DNA of 63,428 nucleotides, filler included, from 5 parts of 5 records of this genome joined end to end with filler, not necessarily neighbours in it; one strand, 5' to 3'; shown: positions 43,342 through 53,697, counted from the first letter of the whole stretch. Translations and numbers: made by a program. The notes: a model not told the origin generated them from the sequence alone.

Positions 43342-44067
43342 GTGGCCTCGCAACACTATCGTACGGTGGTTCGCCGCCAGCACCCCAGGCACCGGGAGAT
43401 CATGATCCTGGTGGGCACGCTTGCGGCGCTTGTCCTGCTGGGGGCCGGTTATCTGCTGGGCAGGCAGCAAGAGGTGGCCCCCGCTGGCGTCGTATTTGAA
43501 GGTGAGCCCCTTCCCGCCGGACAGGTGCAGGATCTTGAAGCAGAGCTGACCATGCTGCGCACTCGCTACGAGGTGGATCGGGCAGCGCTGGAGATGGTGC
43601 GCGGCGAGATCGCCAGCCAGAAACTGCAGATTGCAGAACTCGAGGAGGGCCTCCAGTTCTACCGCAGCCTGATGGCGCCGGAGGATATCGACCGGGGCCT
43701 GAGCCTGGGCGGCCTGGAACTGGTGAAGACGGACGGGGAGCGGCGCTATGCGTTCCGCCTGGTCGCCCAGCAGGAGGCGCGGATGCACACCACGCTGGAG
43801 GGCGAGCTGTACGCCGAGGTGCTGGGGATGCTGGACGGCAAACGCATCAGCTACCCTCTGGCCCAGCTCAGCGATGATGTACAGAGCAGTGTTATCCGGC
43901 TGCGCTTCAAGTACTTCCAGTCCATCGAAGGTGTGCTGGAACTGCCCGCCGGATTCGAAGCCAGTACCGTGACTGTGATAGCGTCGGCCACCAGGCCGGA
44001 GGAAATGGAGGCCAGCGCGCAGTACCCTTGGCAGCCACAAGAGAGGTTTACCCATGTTGGGCGGTAA
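43342..44067 (+). CDS. Membrane-anchored coiled-coil protein (DUF6776-like)
   Basis: A TM helix, a coiled coil ending LQFYRSLM, and FKYFQSIEG. It overlaps the bactofilin start by 14 nt. Confidence 0.7.
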   Translation: MASQHYRTVVRRQHPRHREIMILVGTLAALVLLGAGYLLGRQQEVAPAGVVFEGEPLPAGQVQDLEAELTMLRTRYEVDRAALEMVRGEIASQKLQIAELEEGLQFYRSLMAPEDIDRGLSLGGLELVKTDGERRYAFRLVAQQEARMHTTLEGELYAEVLGMLDGKRISYPLAQLSDDVQSSVIRLRFKYFQSIEGVLELPAGFEASTVTVIASATRPEEMEASAQYPWQPQERFTHVGR

Positions 44068-44488
44068 AAAGCCAAGAGCATCGGTCGCCGGCACGACCAC
44101 CCTGATCTCTGCGGACACCACCCTCGTTGGTGATGTGCATTTTTCCGGCAACCTGGATATCGAGGGCCTGGTGCAGGGCAATATCTGCGCCAAGCCGGGT
44201 ACTGAAGCGCTGGTGAGGGTGGTCGGCAGCGGCCGGGTCGAAGGCGAGATCCGGGCGCCGGTGGTGGTGATCAATGCCCGGGTGAAAGGCGATGTCTACA
44301 GCTCGCAGCATCTCGAGCTGGCAGCGGGTGCCCGGGTGGATGGAAACGTTTACTACACGCTGTTGGAAATGGCGGTGGGCTCCGAGGTCAACGGCAATCT
44401 CACCCATGTCGACCCACCGGCGAAGGGCAAGAAAGCGCCCCCAAGGAACGACGCTGCGCAAGCTCGCGAGCCCGCGGGGAAAACTTGA
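44054..44488 (+). CDS. Bactofilin (polymer-forming cytoskeletal protein)
   Basis: TLISADT.LVGDV.FSGNL.IEG.V.GNI...G.VEGEI beta-helix repeats. Confidence 0.9.
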   Translation: MLGGKKPRASVAGTTTLISADTTLVGDVHFSGNLDIEGLVQGNICAKPGTEALVRVVGSGRVEGEIRAPVVVINARVKGDVYSSQHLELAAGARVDGNVYYTLLEMAVGSEVNGNLTHVDPPAKGKKAPPRNDAAQAREPAGKT

Positions 44489-44513
44489 CCAAAATACTCG
44501 GATTTAGCATACT
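44481..44513 (+). promoter_or_regulatory. erpA promoter with overlapping IscR type-1-like site
   Basis: AAACTTGACCAAAATACTCGGATTT matches ATASYYGACTRWWWYAGTCRRSTAT at 20/25 by hand count. TTGACC-17-CATACT overlaps it. Confidence 0.65.
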
Positions 44514-44560
44514 GCTGGTCGGTTGTTATCATTGGGTCCTGCGGGGTCCGGTCCAGAATC

Positions 44561-44914
44561 ATGTCGATTGCTGAAACTTTCAATCCGTCCGGGATCAACC
44601 TCACTGCACGCGCGATCGCCAAGGTGCGTGCGCTGGTGGCCGAGGAAGAGAACGACGAACTCAAGCTCCGGGTGTTCATCACCGGCGGGGGCTGCTCCGG
44701 GTTCCAGTACGGGTTCACCTTTGACGAGGTAGCGGCGGAAGACGATACGGCGATCGAGGAAGGCGGCGTGACCGTGCTCATCGACCCGCTGAGCTTCCAG
44801 TACCTGGTAGGCTCCGAGGTGGATTACACCGAGGGTCTGGAAGGGTCCCGTTTCGTGATCAACAACCCCAACGCGACCACCACCTGTGGTTGCGGGGCGT
44901 CCTTCTCCATCTAG
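44561..44914 (+). CDS. erpA: A-type Fe-S carrier ErpA
   Basis: [17 protein letters not shown] and [14 protein letters not shown]. Confidence 0.95.
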   Translation: MSIAETFNPSGINLTARAIAKVRALVAEEENDELKLRVFITGGGCSGFQYGFTFDEVAAEDDTAIEEGGVTVLIDPLSFQYLVGSEVDYTEGLEGSRFVINNPNATTTCGCGASFSI

Positions 44915-44917
44915 CCT

Positions 44918-46036
44918 CTATCCTCCCGGATAGATTCCCCCGAGTATCCTGGGTCCCTCGGCCCCGGTGACCTGTGGCGCATTGCCTGGCAGGCCGGCCA
45001 GGGTCCGGTAAGCGAGCCAGGCGAACGCCACCGCTTCCACCCATTCCGGGTCGATGCCCAGCGCACCGGTATCGCCCAGCCGGGCAGGTGCCAACAGCCG
45101 ATACAGGCGGCGCATCAGATCAGTGTTGCGGGCGCCACCGCCGCAGATGTAAATCTCCTGCGAGCCGGGCTGGGAACGGTTGATGGCATCGGCGATGCTG
45201 CGCGCGGTGAGCTCCGCCAGGGTTGCCTGCACGGCAGCCGGGTCGAGCCCTTTGAACCCGGCCAGCCGCTGGTCCAGCCAGGCGGGGTTGAACGCTTCCT
45301 TGCCCGTGCTGCGCGGGCCATCCAGGGCGAAGTAGGGATCATCGAGCAGGGTCGCCAGCAATGGTTCACACACCTCGCCTTCGGCGGACCAGGCGCCATC
45401 CTGGTCGTAGCGCCGGCCTTCGTGGCGCAGTATCCAGTAGTCCAGCAGCGTATTGCCGGGACCGCAATCGAAACCGGTCACCAGTTGCTCCCCATCGAGC
45501 AAGGTAATGTTGGCGATGCCGCCAATATTGACGATAGCCCGCTGCTGCCCCGCAGCTGCGAAAGCCGCGGCATGAAACGCCGGGGCCAGCGGTGCGCCTT
45601 CGCCGCCGGCCGCCAGGTCGCGGCGGCGGAAGTCGGCGACGGTAGTGATGCCGGTGATTTCGGCGATGCTGTTTGGGTCGCCGATCTGTAGGGTGAATGC
45701 GGGGTCATGGCCGGCGGAGGGCGGCCGGTGACGGATGGTCTGGCCGTGGCTGCCGATTGCGGCGATGGTATCGGCGGGCGTTTCGGCGGCGCGCAACAGC
45801 GCGTTTACCGCCTCGGCAAAAGCTGCGCCCAGCTGTCGATCCAGCTGGCCCATGCGCTCGATCTCCGCGGGCCCGCTGTGGCTGATCGTTGCGATTTCGG
45901 CGCGTAAGCTGTCATCGAGCGGGTGCTCATGGCTGGCGAGCAGCTCGATGCAACCGGCGCTGCAGCGCACCAGGGCCGCGTCGATACCATCGGCGCTGGT
46001 ACCTGACATCAGGCCAACGTACAGGTCGCTGGTCAC
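44918..46036 (-). CDS. anmK: Anhydro-N-acetylmuramic acid kinase
   Basis: GLMSGTSADG, GSHGQT, DFRRRD.AAGGEGAPL and EAVAFAWLA. Confidence 0.96.
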   Translation of the reverse strand: MTSDLYVGLMSGTSADGIDAALVRCSAGCIELLASHEHPLDDSLRAEIATISHSGPAEIERMGQLDRQLGAAFAEAVNALLRAAETPADTIAAIGSHGQTIRHRPPSAGHDPAFTLQIGDPNSIAEITGITTVADFRRRDLAAGGEGAPLAPAFHAAAFAAAGQQRAIVNIGGIANITLLDGEQLVTGFDCGPGNTLLDYWILRHEGRRYDQDGAWSAEGEVCEPLLATLLDDPYFALDGPRSTGKEAFNPAWLDQRLAGFKGLDPAAVQATLAELTARSIADAINRSQPGSQEIYICGGGARNTDLMRRLYRLLAPARLGDTGALGIDPEWVEAVAFAWLAYRTLAGLPGNAPQVTGAEGPRILGGIYPGG

Positions 46037-46044
46037 GGGATAGT

Positions 46045-47451
46045 TCAGTTGGCCTGGTCGACGGCTGCTGCGGCATCATTCAATGCCAGCCGGTTATCCG
46101 ATTGCAGGGTTGCCAGTTGCTCAGAGGGGCCGGTGATCGCAAGCCGGAAGCGAGGCAGTTCGTCGTCGGGCAGCGCCTTGGCCTTGGGCAGTTGCTTGTG
46201 GATGGTGCGCGGATTCCGATGCACCCCATTGACCAGGAACTCGTAGTGCAGGTGCGGGCCAGTAGCGGCCCCCGTCGAACCCACGGTCCCGATGACCTGG
46301 CTCTGGGACACCCGCTGTCCCTTGCGAACATTGCGCTTGTTCAGGTGCAGGTACTTGGTGATGTACTGCTCGCCGTGCTGGATGAAGACGTAGTTGCCGT
46401 TGGCCCGGCTGTACCCCGCCTCGCTGACCCGGCCATCACCGGATGCATAGACCGGGGTGCCCCGCGGCGCGGCATAGTCGGTGCCGCGATGCGGCCGGGT
46501 AGTCTTGTAAATCGGGTGCAGGCGGCGCAGGTTGAAGTTGGAGCTGATCCGGGTGAAATCGACCGGTGCCATCAGGAAGGCCTTGCGCATGCTCACGCCC
46601 TCTTCATTGTAGAAGCCGATGTCGCCGTGCGCGTCTTCGTAACGGTAAGCGGAAAAGGTTTCGCCCTGGTTGGTGAATGACGCAGCGATAACAGTCCCGT
46701 CCTTGTATTTTTCACCGTCCAGATAAAGCTCATCGTAGACCAGGTGGAAAGTGTCGCCCTTGCGCGGGTCGAGAACGAAATCAATCACACCGCCGAAAAT
46801 GTTTGCCAGTTCCATGATCATGGCTTGCGACAGCCCGGCTTCCTGCCCCGCCATGTACAGGGAAGAGCTGATTTCGCCGCTGGCCCAGGCCTCGCGCAGT
46901 TCCGGCGTGCGCACCGTGCGCTCGCTGGTGAACCCGTCGTCGTTGCGCTCGTAGGTGACGTTTTCCAGGGGGGAGATGACGTGCCGAACCCCGCTTAGGT
47001 CGCCATCATCGGTAGTTTTGAAGGCAATCGTTTGGCCCGGGTAGAGCTTGCCCAGGCCCTTGCCGTCGGGTGCGGTGTTAACCACGCGGTACATATCGCG
47101 GTCGCTGAACCCGGCGCGCTTGAAGATGAGGGAGAGGTTGTCGCCGCTGCGCACGGTCTGCTCGACCCAGGCAGGAGGTGGGGGAGCTGCGGCCTGGTCC
47201 AGGTCGGGGGCTTGCGCCGCAGCCTGTTCCGCGCTTTCCACAGCACGCTCCAGGTCTGTGACCTGCGCAGCCGCCAGCCCCGGGTCCGCGGGCACGGTCC
47301 TGGTGGCTTCGACATCCTTGCTGGGAGCGAGCATGGTCACGGCTGCGATCAGGAGCATGATTGCGCCAGCCACCACCAAATGCTGGCGCTGGATGCTCCG
47401 TCGCTCGCTGCGAATTGCGGTGGCCCCCCGCGGTTTCTTCGCTGGCAACAT
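46045..47451 (-). CDS. M23 peptidoglycan endopeptidase (OapA/LysM-like region + M23)
   Basis: TM anchor, VRSGDNLS, and the HRGTD and HLHYEF zinc motifs. The start may be 47451 or 47478. Confidence 0.9.
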   Translation of the reverse strand: MLPAKKPRGATAIRSERRSIQRQHLVVAGAIMLLIAAVTMLAPSKDVEATRTVPADPGLAAAQVTDLERAVESAEQAAAQAPDLDQAAAPPPPAWVEQTVRSGDNLSLIFKRAGFSDRDMYRVVNTAPDGKGLGKLYPGQTIAFKTTDDGDLSGVRHVISPLENVTYERNDDGFTSERTVRTPELREAWASGEISSSLYMAGQEAGLSQAMIMELANIFGGVIDFVLDPRKGDTFHLVYDELYLDGEKYKDGTVIAASFTNQGETFSAYRYEDAHGDIGFYNEEGVSMRKAFLMAPVDFTRISSNFNLRRLHPIYKTTRPHRGTDYAAPRGTPVYASGDGRVSEAGYSRANGNYVFIQHGEQYITKYLHLNKRNVRKGQRVSQSQVIGTVGSTGAATGPHLHYEFLVNGVHRNPRTIHKQLPKAKALPDDELPRFRLAITGPSEQLATLQSDNRLALNDAAAAVDQAN

Positions 47452-47595
47452 GTCCCCGAGATACTTCCCTTTTGACAAAGGTCAGTATATTAAATTTTCC
47501 CTTGCGCTGACAGGCGCCGTCGCGCTTGCATTTGGAAGGGCATACGGTATGGTTGTCGCCCGTTTTTCCACCCGCAACCAGGCAAGAGCAGCATC

Positions 47596-48891
47596 ATGAG
47601 CAGCGCGCTACTGGCGGACCTCCAGGCCCGCGGATTAATCTTCCAGATCGCCGGTGAGGCTGAGCTCTCCGGCTGGCTTGACGGTGGTTCGCGCACGCTC
47701 TATTGCGGCTTCGACCCGACCGCTGACAGCCTGCATATCGGTTCCCTGGTACCCCTGCTGATGCTGCGCCGCTTTCAGCTTGCCGGCCATAAACCTATTG
47801 CCCTGGTGGGCGGGGCCACCGGTCTGGTCGGGGACCCCAGTTTCAAAGCCCAGGAGCGGCAGCTCAATACGCCCGACGTGGTGGCCGGCTGGGTCGAGAA
47901 GATTCACGCCCAGGTCTGCCAGTTCATTGATTTTGATTCCGGGGCGACGGCTGCCCAGGTGGTCAACAACCTGGACTGGACTGCCGAGCTTGACGTGCTG
48001 ACCTTCCTGCGGGATATCGGCAAGCACTTCTCAATCAATGCGATGATCCAGAAGGAATCGGTCAAGCAGCGTCTGGAGCGCGACGGCACCGGGATCAGCT
48101 TTACCGAATTTACCTACATGATCCTGCAGTCCTTCGACTTTGCCGAGTTGAACAAGCGCTACGATTGCTCGCTGCAAATTGGCGGCTCCGATCAGTGGGG
48201 CAATATCACCGGCGGTATCGACCTGACCCGTCGCCTTCATGGGAACCAGGTGTTCGGTCTGACTATGCCGTTGATCACCAAGTCGGACGGCAGCAAATTC
48301 GGCAAGACCGAGGCGGGCACCATCTGGCTCGACCCTGCACGGACCTCGCCCTATGCCTTCTACCAGTTCTGGCTTGGGGCCGCCGATGCGGACGTCTACA
48401 AGTTCCTGCGCTACTTCACGTTCCTGGATGTCGCGCAGATCGAGGCAATAGAGCGCGCGGACGCGGACCGCCAGGGGCGACCCGAGGCGCAGGGGGTGCT
48501 TGCCGAGGAGGTTACCCGGCTGGTTCACGGGGAGCAGGGCCTGGCGGCTGCCCGGCGGATCACCGATGCCCTGTTCAGCGGCGCAACTGACGCCCTCTCC
48601 GAAGAGGATTTCCAGCAGCTTCGACAGGATGGCCTGCCGGCGTCTACCCTGGCGCGCGCCAGCCTGCCTGAGACCCTCACCCAGTTGCTGACGGAAGCGG
48701 GCATGGCGCCCTCCGGCAAACAGGTTAAGGATGCCCTGGGGCGCGGCGCGGTCAGTTTCAATGGCAGGGCGTTGAGCTGGGATGACAATAGTGCGGTTGC
48801 CGCCAGCCTGGCGCCGGAGCACGCGGCCTTTGGCCGCTTCTATCTCGCCCGGCTGGGAAAGAAGAAATACCACCTGTTCGAGCTCTCCTGA
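47596..48891 (+). CDS. tyrS: Tyrosine--tRNA ligase
   Basis: [29 protein letters not shown] and a C-terminal S4-like domain. Confidence 0.97.
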   Translation: MSSALLADLQARGLIFQIAGEAELSGWLDGGSRTLYCGFDPTADSLHIGSLVPLLMLRRFQLAGHKPIALVGGATGLVGDPSFKAQERQLNTPDVVAGWVEKIHAQVCQFIDFDSGATAAQVVNNLDWTAELDVLTFLRDIGKHFSINAMIQKESVKQRLERDGTGISFTEFTYMILQSFDFAELNKRYDCSLQIGGSDQWGNITGGIDLTRRLHGNQVFGLTMPLITKSDGSKFGKTEAGTIWLDPARTSPYAFYQFWLGAADADVYKFLRYFTFLDVAQIEAIERADADRQGRPEAQGVLAEEVTRLVHGEQGLAAARRITDALFSGATDALSEEDFQQLRQDGLPASTLARASLPETLTQLLTEAGMAPSGKQVKDALGRGAVSFNGRALSWDDNSAVAASLAPEHAAFGRFYLARLGKKKYHLFELS

Positions 48892-48946
48892 GTCGCCGCC
48901 GCGGCGGCCGTCCGCAGGATATTTTTACCTGGGCCTGATAAAGCGC

Positions 48947-48984
48947 TTGCGCTCGCCCTGACGCGCGCGTATAGTTCGCGTCCC
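48947..48984 (+). promoter_or_regulatory. rrn-type promoter P1
   Basis: TTGCGC-17-TATAGT followed by a GC-rich discriminator, TCGCGTCCC. Confidence 0.7.
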
Positions 48985-49094
48985 TCTGCTGGAGCAAGTG
49001 CGTATCCGCCTCCGGGGAGTCCTCCAAAAACCTAGCGCTTTCAACAGCTTAGGGAGTCCAGGGGAAAGATCACGAAAACCCGTATAGCGGCAGG

Positions 49095-49148
49095 ATTTAT
49101 GAAAATTTTGTTGCAAGGGACACGCTGGTCGGTATAATACGCGTCCGC
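49095..49148 (+). promoter_or_regulatory. rrn-type promoter P2 with UP element
   Basis: An AT-rich UP tract, TTGCAA-16-TATAAT and a GC-rich discriminator. The contig ends about 60 nt later. Confidence 0.78.
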
Positions 49149-49204
49149 GCTTGGGGGAGACCCTGACGCGACAACCCGCATCCTGGCGATACGGGCGATG
49201 TTTA

Positions 49205-49304
49205 NNNNNNNNNNNNNNNNNNNNNNNNNNNNNNNNNNNNNNNNNNNNTTAATTAATTAANNNNNNNNNNNNNNNNNNNNNNNNNNNNNNNNNNNNNNNN
49301 NNNN
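49205..49304. other. Artificial contig spacer
   Basis: 44 N + TTAATTAATTAA + 44 N. Confidence 0.99.
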
Positions 49305-49305
49305 C

Positions 49306-50295
49306 ACCATGGCGCCCGAGATCGAGCGGATCACGAACACGTTCCTGTCCAACCCGGAGCGGATCGAAGTGGCTCGCCAGTCCACCACGTCGGACACGAT
49401 CACCCAGAAACTGGTGGAGTTCAAACCCACCCGCCGCGACCAGACCGCCAAGCAGAAACGCGAAATGCTGCGCGCCATCATTAACGGCGAAGGCGATGCC
49501 TGCACCAACGCGATTATCTTCTGCAACCGCAAAGTGGACGTGGATATCGTTGCCAAATCCCTGAAAAAGCATGGCTATAACGCCGAGCCGATTCACGGCG
49601 ACCTCGACCAATCGCACCGGACGCGCACGCTTGATGGCTTCCGCGATGGCTCGATCAAGTTCCTTGTGGCATCTGACGTTGCCGCGCGCGGGCTGGATAT
49701 CCCCAACGTGAGCCATGTTCTGAACTACGACGTGCCGGGCCATGCAGAAGATTATGTCCACCGCATTGGCCGCACCGGTCGTGCCGGGCGCAAGGGTACG
49801 ACGATCATGATGGCGGTTCCGTCTGACGACAAGCTGCTGAACGCGATCGAGACCCTTATCGGTCAGCCGGTTCCACGGACAGACGCCCCCTGGCAACCCA
49901 CTGAAGGCGCGTCCGGCAGACGTAAGTCGGATGAAGACGACAAACAGCCAGCGGAAAAGCCCACGCGCAGTCGCAGCCGGTCACGCAGCCGCAAATCCGA
50001 CGAACAGCCCCCACAACAGGCTGTCCCGGCGGTCGAAGTGGAAGCAGAGGCAGCCCCGGCCCCAAGCCCCCGGCCCGAACGGTCCGAACGGCCTGAACCG
50101 CGGCAGAGGTCCGACAACCGCCAACGGTCCGGTGGAGCTGGACGTCGCGGCGGCAATCAGATCGTGGGCATGGGCGACCACATGCCTGATTTCATCGCGC
50201 TGAGCTTTGCAGAACGCCGCGGAGACGCCCCCGCACAGGCTTCTCAGGACTCCGACGATGATGGAAACGGCGACGAAAGCGAATCCGCCGCCTGA
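49306..50295 (+). CDS. DEAD-box RNA helicase, 5'-truncated
   Basis: Begins in motif III ((SA)TM). It has IIFCN, HGDLDQ, DVAARGLDI, HRIGRTGRAG and a disordered R/S-rich tail. Confidence 0.93.
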   Translation, partial: TMAPEIERITNTFLSNPERIEVARQSTTSDTITQKLVEFKPTRRDQTAKQKREMLRAIINGEGDACTNAIIFCNRKVDVDIVAKSLKKHGYNAEPIHGDLDQSHRTRTLDGFRDGSIKFLVASDVAARGLDIPNVSHVLNYDVPGHAEDYVHRIGRTGRAGRKGTTIMMAVPSDDKLLNAIETLIGQPVPRTDAPWQPTEGASGRRKSDEDDKQPAEKPTRSRSRSRSRKSDEQPPQQAVPAVEVEAEAAPAPSPRPERSERPEPRQRSDNRQRSGGAGRRGGNQIVGMGDHMPDFIALSFAERRGDAPAQASQDSDDDGNGDESESAA

Positions 50296-50302
50296 GACCG
50301 GT

Positions 50303-51142
50303 TCAGTCGATCAGCGCATCCCCGCGTTTGCCTGCCCGTTCGTGATGAATGGGCAGCGTTCGGCCATATAGCTGACGGGTGCGTTCCGGCGCGCCCACCA
50401 TGTCGGGCTGATCCACATAGGAAAAGATCGCGACATAGCGCGGGCGGTTGCCCTTCAGCGGCGCGACGCGGTGCAGCGAATAGCGCCCCTTGAACAATTG
50501 CAGGTCGCCGGGTTCGAGGTTCAAAACGGTGACGCGGTCTGATGTGCCGTTCAGCACGCGGGAGACCTCGTCAAAATTCTCGGTCTTTTCACGGATCATC
50601 GGGGCGTATTCAAAAGCCCCGCCGGCCTCGGCATTCTGAATGGCCAGCGTCACGGTGTAGTTGTTCGTGTCAAAGTGCCAGGGGAAGCCATTGCCCTCGC
50701 CCGCCGCATTCACGATCACATCGGCCAGCGGGTCGGCATATCGGAAGAACCGGGTTTCCCCAAGGCAATCGCGGATAAACGCGTCGAACCCGTCGCTGTC
50801 ATGGATGGTGCGCAACGGCCCCGAGGTGGCGAAATTGTCCGCCGGGATGAAGGCATTGGACCGGTCAAAGAACTGCCTGCGCGGGTCATCCTCCGGCAGG
50901 CTCGGATCATCGGCGGTGAAATAGGCATTGGTGCGGTTGTAGCTGCGATGTCCTTGATCGGCGACGCTCTCGGCCTCTTCCGCCAAGGCTGCCACGCCCG
51001 CAGGTGTCAGGAACCCCTTGATGACCGCGCAGCCATCCTGCGCCAGATCGGCCCTGACCTTGGAAAGCAACGCATCGCGCGCCGGTCCGTCCTGGTGGAT
51101 CGGATAACGCCCCCGGTCGATCAAGTCATCTGCACGCCACAT
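50303..51142 (-). CDS. Fe(II)/2-oxoglutarate oxygenase, BesD/HalD-like fold, HxD type
   Basis: FPWHFD, GGAFEY, PGDLQLFKGRYSLHRV..R, with AGAGGA SD. Confidence 0.75.
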   Translation of the reverse strand: MWRADDLIDRGRYPIHQDGPARDALLSKVRADLAQDGCAVIKGFLTPAGVAALAEEAESVADQGHRSYNRTNAYFTADDPSLPEDDPRRQFFDRSNAFIPADNFATSGPLRTIHDSDGFDAFIRDCLGETRFFRYADPLADVIVNAAGEGNGFPWHFDTNNYTVTLAIQNAEAGGAFEYAPMIREKTENFDEVSRVLNGTSDRVTVLNLEPGDLQLFKGRYSLHRVAPLKGNRPRYVAIFSYVDQPDMVGAPERTRQLYGRTLPIHHERAGKRGDALID

Positions 51143-51226
51143 GGTCCTCTCCCTTGCTGTTTGAAACAGCAAAGGTCAGAGACCGCGCATCAGTCTAGCC
51201 GGAAATCGACACGCAATGCGTCGCCA

Positions 51227-52903
51227 TCAGCCCGCCATCAGCCGCGAGATAATGGTCGTGACCTCGGGCTTGCGGCCAATCTCGGACACGCAGACCTGGC
51301 GAACGACGCGCTTGACCTCGTCTTCCAGCTTGTCGTCATGCATCACCATCTTGTGGGTCAGGCGCGGCAGCAACTCGGCCAGTTGATCCTCGATCATCTC
51401 CGACAGGCTTTCGTTGCCGACCATTTCCGGCAAGCCGCGCAATTCGACCCAGCAATCTTCCAGCGGCTGGTCATCCTCGTCGATGATCAGGGCAACGATC
51501 ACCAGACCGTTCAGCGCCAGTTTCATCCGGTCGCGCACCACGCCGTCCAGCGCCCCGATAATCCGCGAGCCATCCAGATAGGCGCGCGTCACGTCAACGT
51601 GTTCCACGACACCCGGACGATTGCCCGACAACTCCACCATCGCGCCGTTAGGCGCCAGAACCGGTGTCAGGCCGCCCTCTGCGCCAACCCGGCAATGTTC
51701 GCGCAGGTGACGATGTTCACCGTGGTTGGGCACAAGGATCTGCGGTTTGATCAGGTCATGCATGCGTTGCAGGTCAGGCCGGTTGGCGTGGCCGGAAACG
51801 TGGTAGAACCCGCTCTGTTCATCCACGATCTCCACCCCGATCTCCGACAGAGCATTCTGGATGCGGCCGACAGAGACTTCGTTGCCGGGGATCGTCTTGG
51901 ACGAGAACAGGAACGTATCGCCCTCTTTCAGCTCATGCCCCAGATACTTGCCCCGGCTAAGTGCCGCCGAGGCCGCGCGCCGTTCGCCCTGACTGCCGGT
52001 CACGATCAGCATCAGGTTTTCACGCGGAACCTGTGTGGCTTCCTCGGGGCTGATCGTGGCGGGGAAATCCGTCAGAACGCCTGCCTCGACCGCGACCGAG
52101 ACCATGCGCTTCATCGCCCGGCCCATCAGACAGACCGATCGGCCAGCGGCCTTGCCCGCCTCGGCCAGCGTCTTCACCCGTGCGATGTTCGATGCGAAGG
52201 TCGTCGCCACCACCATGCCGCGCGCCTCGGCCACCAGCTTGGTGATCGGCTCTGGCAGGTCGCTTTCACTACGGCCCGCGTGGCGCGAAAACACATTGGT
52301 GGAATCGCAGATCAGGGCACGCACGCCCGCCTTGCCGATCTCTGCCCACATCTCGGGGTCGAAGGGTTCCCCCACCCGTGGGTTGGGGTCGATCTTGAAG
52401 TCGCCCGAATGAACAACGCGGCCTTCGGGCGTGTCGATGACCAGTGCAGACGCCTCCGGGATGGAGTGCGACGTGGGCGCAAACCCCACGGTAAAGGGAC
52501 CCGCCTGTACGGTTTCCGGCCAGACCGGAGCAACCTGTACCATGGCAGGATCCTGCCCGGCCTCTTCCATCTTGCGGGTGGCAATGGCGGCGGTGAAGGG
52601 CCGCGCATGGACCGGCACCTTGCGGAAATGGCGATAGAGATGGCCAAGCGCGCCCACATGGTCTTCGTGCGCATGGGTGATGAAAATGCCGTCCAGCCGG
52701 TCCACGCGTTCCGCGATCCAGGCGATGTCGGGCAGGATCAGGTCCACGCCTGGGGTGCCATCCATATCGGGAAAGCTGACGCCCACATCGACGAGGATGA
52801 AACGCTCGTCCCCTTGCGGCCCATAGCCATAGAGGTAGCAGTTCATCCCGATCTCCCCCGCGCCACCGAGGGGAAGATAGATCAGTCGAGAAGCGGAGGT
52901 CAT
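51227..52903 (-). CDS. rnj: Ribonuclease J
   Basis: PLGGAGEIGMN, THAHEDH, HSIPE, GDFK, TGSQGE and HVSGH. Confidence 0.95.
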   Translation of the reverse strand: MTSASRLIYLPLGGAGEIGMNCYLYGYGPQGDERFILVDVGVSFPDMDGTPGVDLILPDIAWIAERVDRLDGIFITHAHEDHVGALGHLYRHFRKVPVHARPFTAAIATRKMEEAGQDPAMVQVAPVWPETVQAGPFTVGFAPTSHSIPEASALVIDTPEGRVVHSGDFKIDPNPRVGEPFDPEMWAEIGKAGVRALICDSTNVFSRHAGRSESDLPEPITKLVAEARGMVVATTFASNIARVKTLAEAGKAAGRSVCLMGRAMKRMVSVAVEAGVLTDFPATISPEEATQVPRENLMLIVTGSQGERRAASAALSRGKYLGHELKEGDTFLFSSKTIPGNEVSVGRIQNALSEIGVEIVDEQSGFYHVSGHANRPDLQRMHDLIKPQILVPNHGEHRHLREHCRVGAEGGLTPVLAPNGAMVELSGNRPGVVEHVDVTRAYLDGSRIIGALDGVVRDRMKLALNGLVIVALIIDEDDQPLEDCWVELRGLPEMVGNESLSEMIEDQLAELLPRLTHKMVMHDDKLEDEVKRVVRQVCVSEIGRKPEVTTIISRLMAG

Positions 52904-53679
52904 ATTTGCCCGTTATCCTTGTTGTATTTGTGGATCACGGTCAGCCCGTGGATCGTCAGGTCGTCTTCGATCAGGTCAAATAGCACATCCCCCTGAGAGA
53001 ACAATGGCGCAAGCCCGCCAGTGCCGATGATCCGCATCGGTTTGTCATACTCCGCGCAGATCCGGTCGCAGATCCCGCGCACGAGGCCGACATAGCCCCA
53101 GAAGATGCCAGATTGCATGCAGGCCACGGTGTTGGTGCCGATGACGTTTGGCGGCTTGGTCACGTCCACATGGGGCAGCGCGGCAGCGGCGTGATGCAGG
53201 GCCTCCAGGCTCAGGTTCACGCCCGGCGCGATGACGCCGCCCACATAGGCACCATCGTCGGCTACCACGTCAAAGGTGGTGGCTGTGCCGAAATCCACCA
53301 CGATCAGGTTGCCCCCGTGCCGGTCAAAGGCGGCGGCTGTGTTGACCAGCCGGTCAGGCCCCACCTGTGTGCCCGCATCGACGCGCGGCGCGATCGGCAG
53401 CAGGCAATCGGGCTTGCCCACAACCAGCGGGCGGCAGTCGAAATAGCGATCGCACAGAACCCGCAGGTTGAACACCACACGCGGCACGGTGGACGAGATG
53501 ATGCAATCTGTGATCGTCACGTCCAGCTTCTTGTGCGCCATCAGCGTCGACAGCCAGACGAAATACTGGTCGGCGGTCCGTTGGTGTTCCGTTGTGGTTC
53601 GGAAGGTGGCGAGGATCTGCCGCCCGTCCCAGATTGAAAAGACGGTGTTGGTATTGCCGGTGTCGATTGCCAAAAGCAT
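52900..53679 (-). CDS. coaX: Type III pantothenate kinase
   Basis: LAIDTGNT, GPDR, VDFGTATT, GGVIAPG and TGG. Confidence 0.95.
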   Translation of the reverse strand: MLLAIDTGNTNTVFSIWDGRQILATFRTTTEHQRTADQYFVWLSTLMAHKKLDVTITDCIISSTVPRVVFNLRVLCDRYFDCRPLVVGKPDCLLPIAPRVDAGTQVGPDRLVNTAAAFDRHGGNLIVVDFGTATTFDVVADDGAYVGGVIAPGVNLSLEALHHAAAALPHVDVTKPPNVIGTNTVACMQSGIFWGYVGLVRGICDRICAEYDKPMRIIGTGGLAPLFSQGDVLFDLIEDDLTIHGLTVIHKYNKDNGQI

Positions 53680-53697
53680 GGGCCACGCCCCCATTTG

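Noticed and set aside
50303-51142. Radical halogenase
   Set aside because: The metal motif is HFD with the carboxylate retained, not HxG/A.
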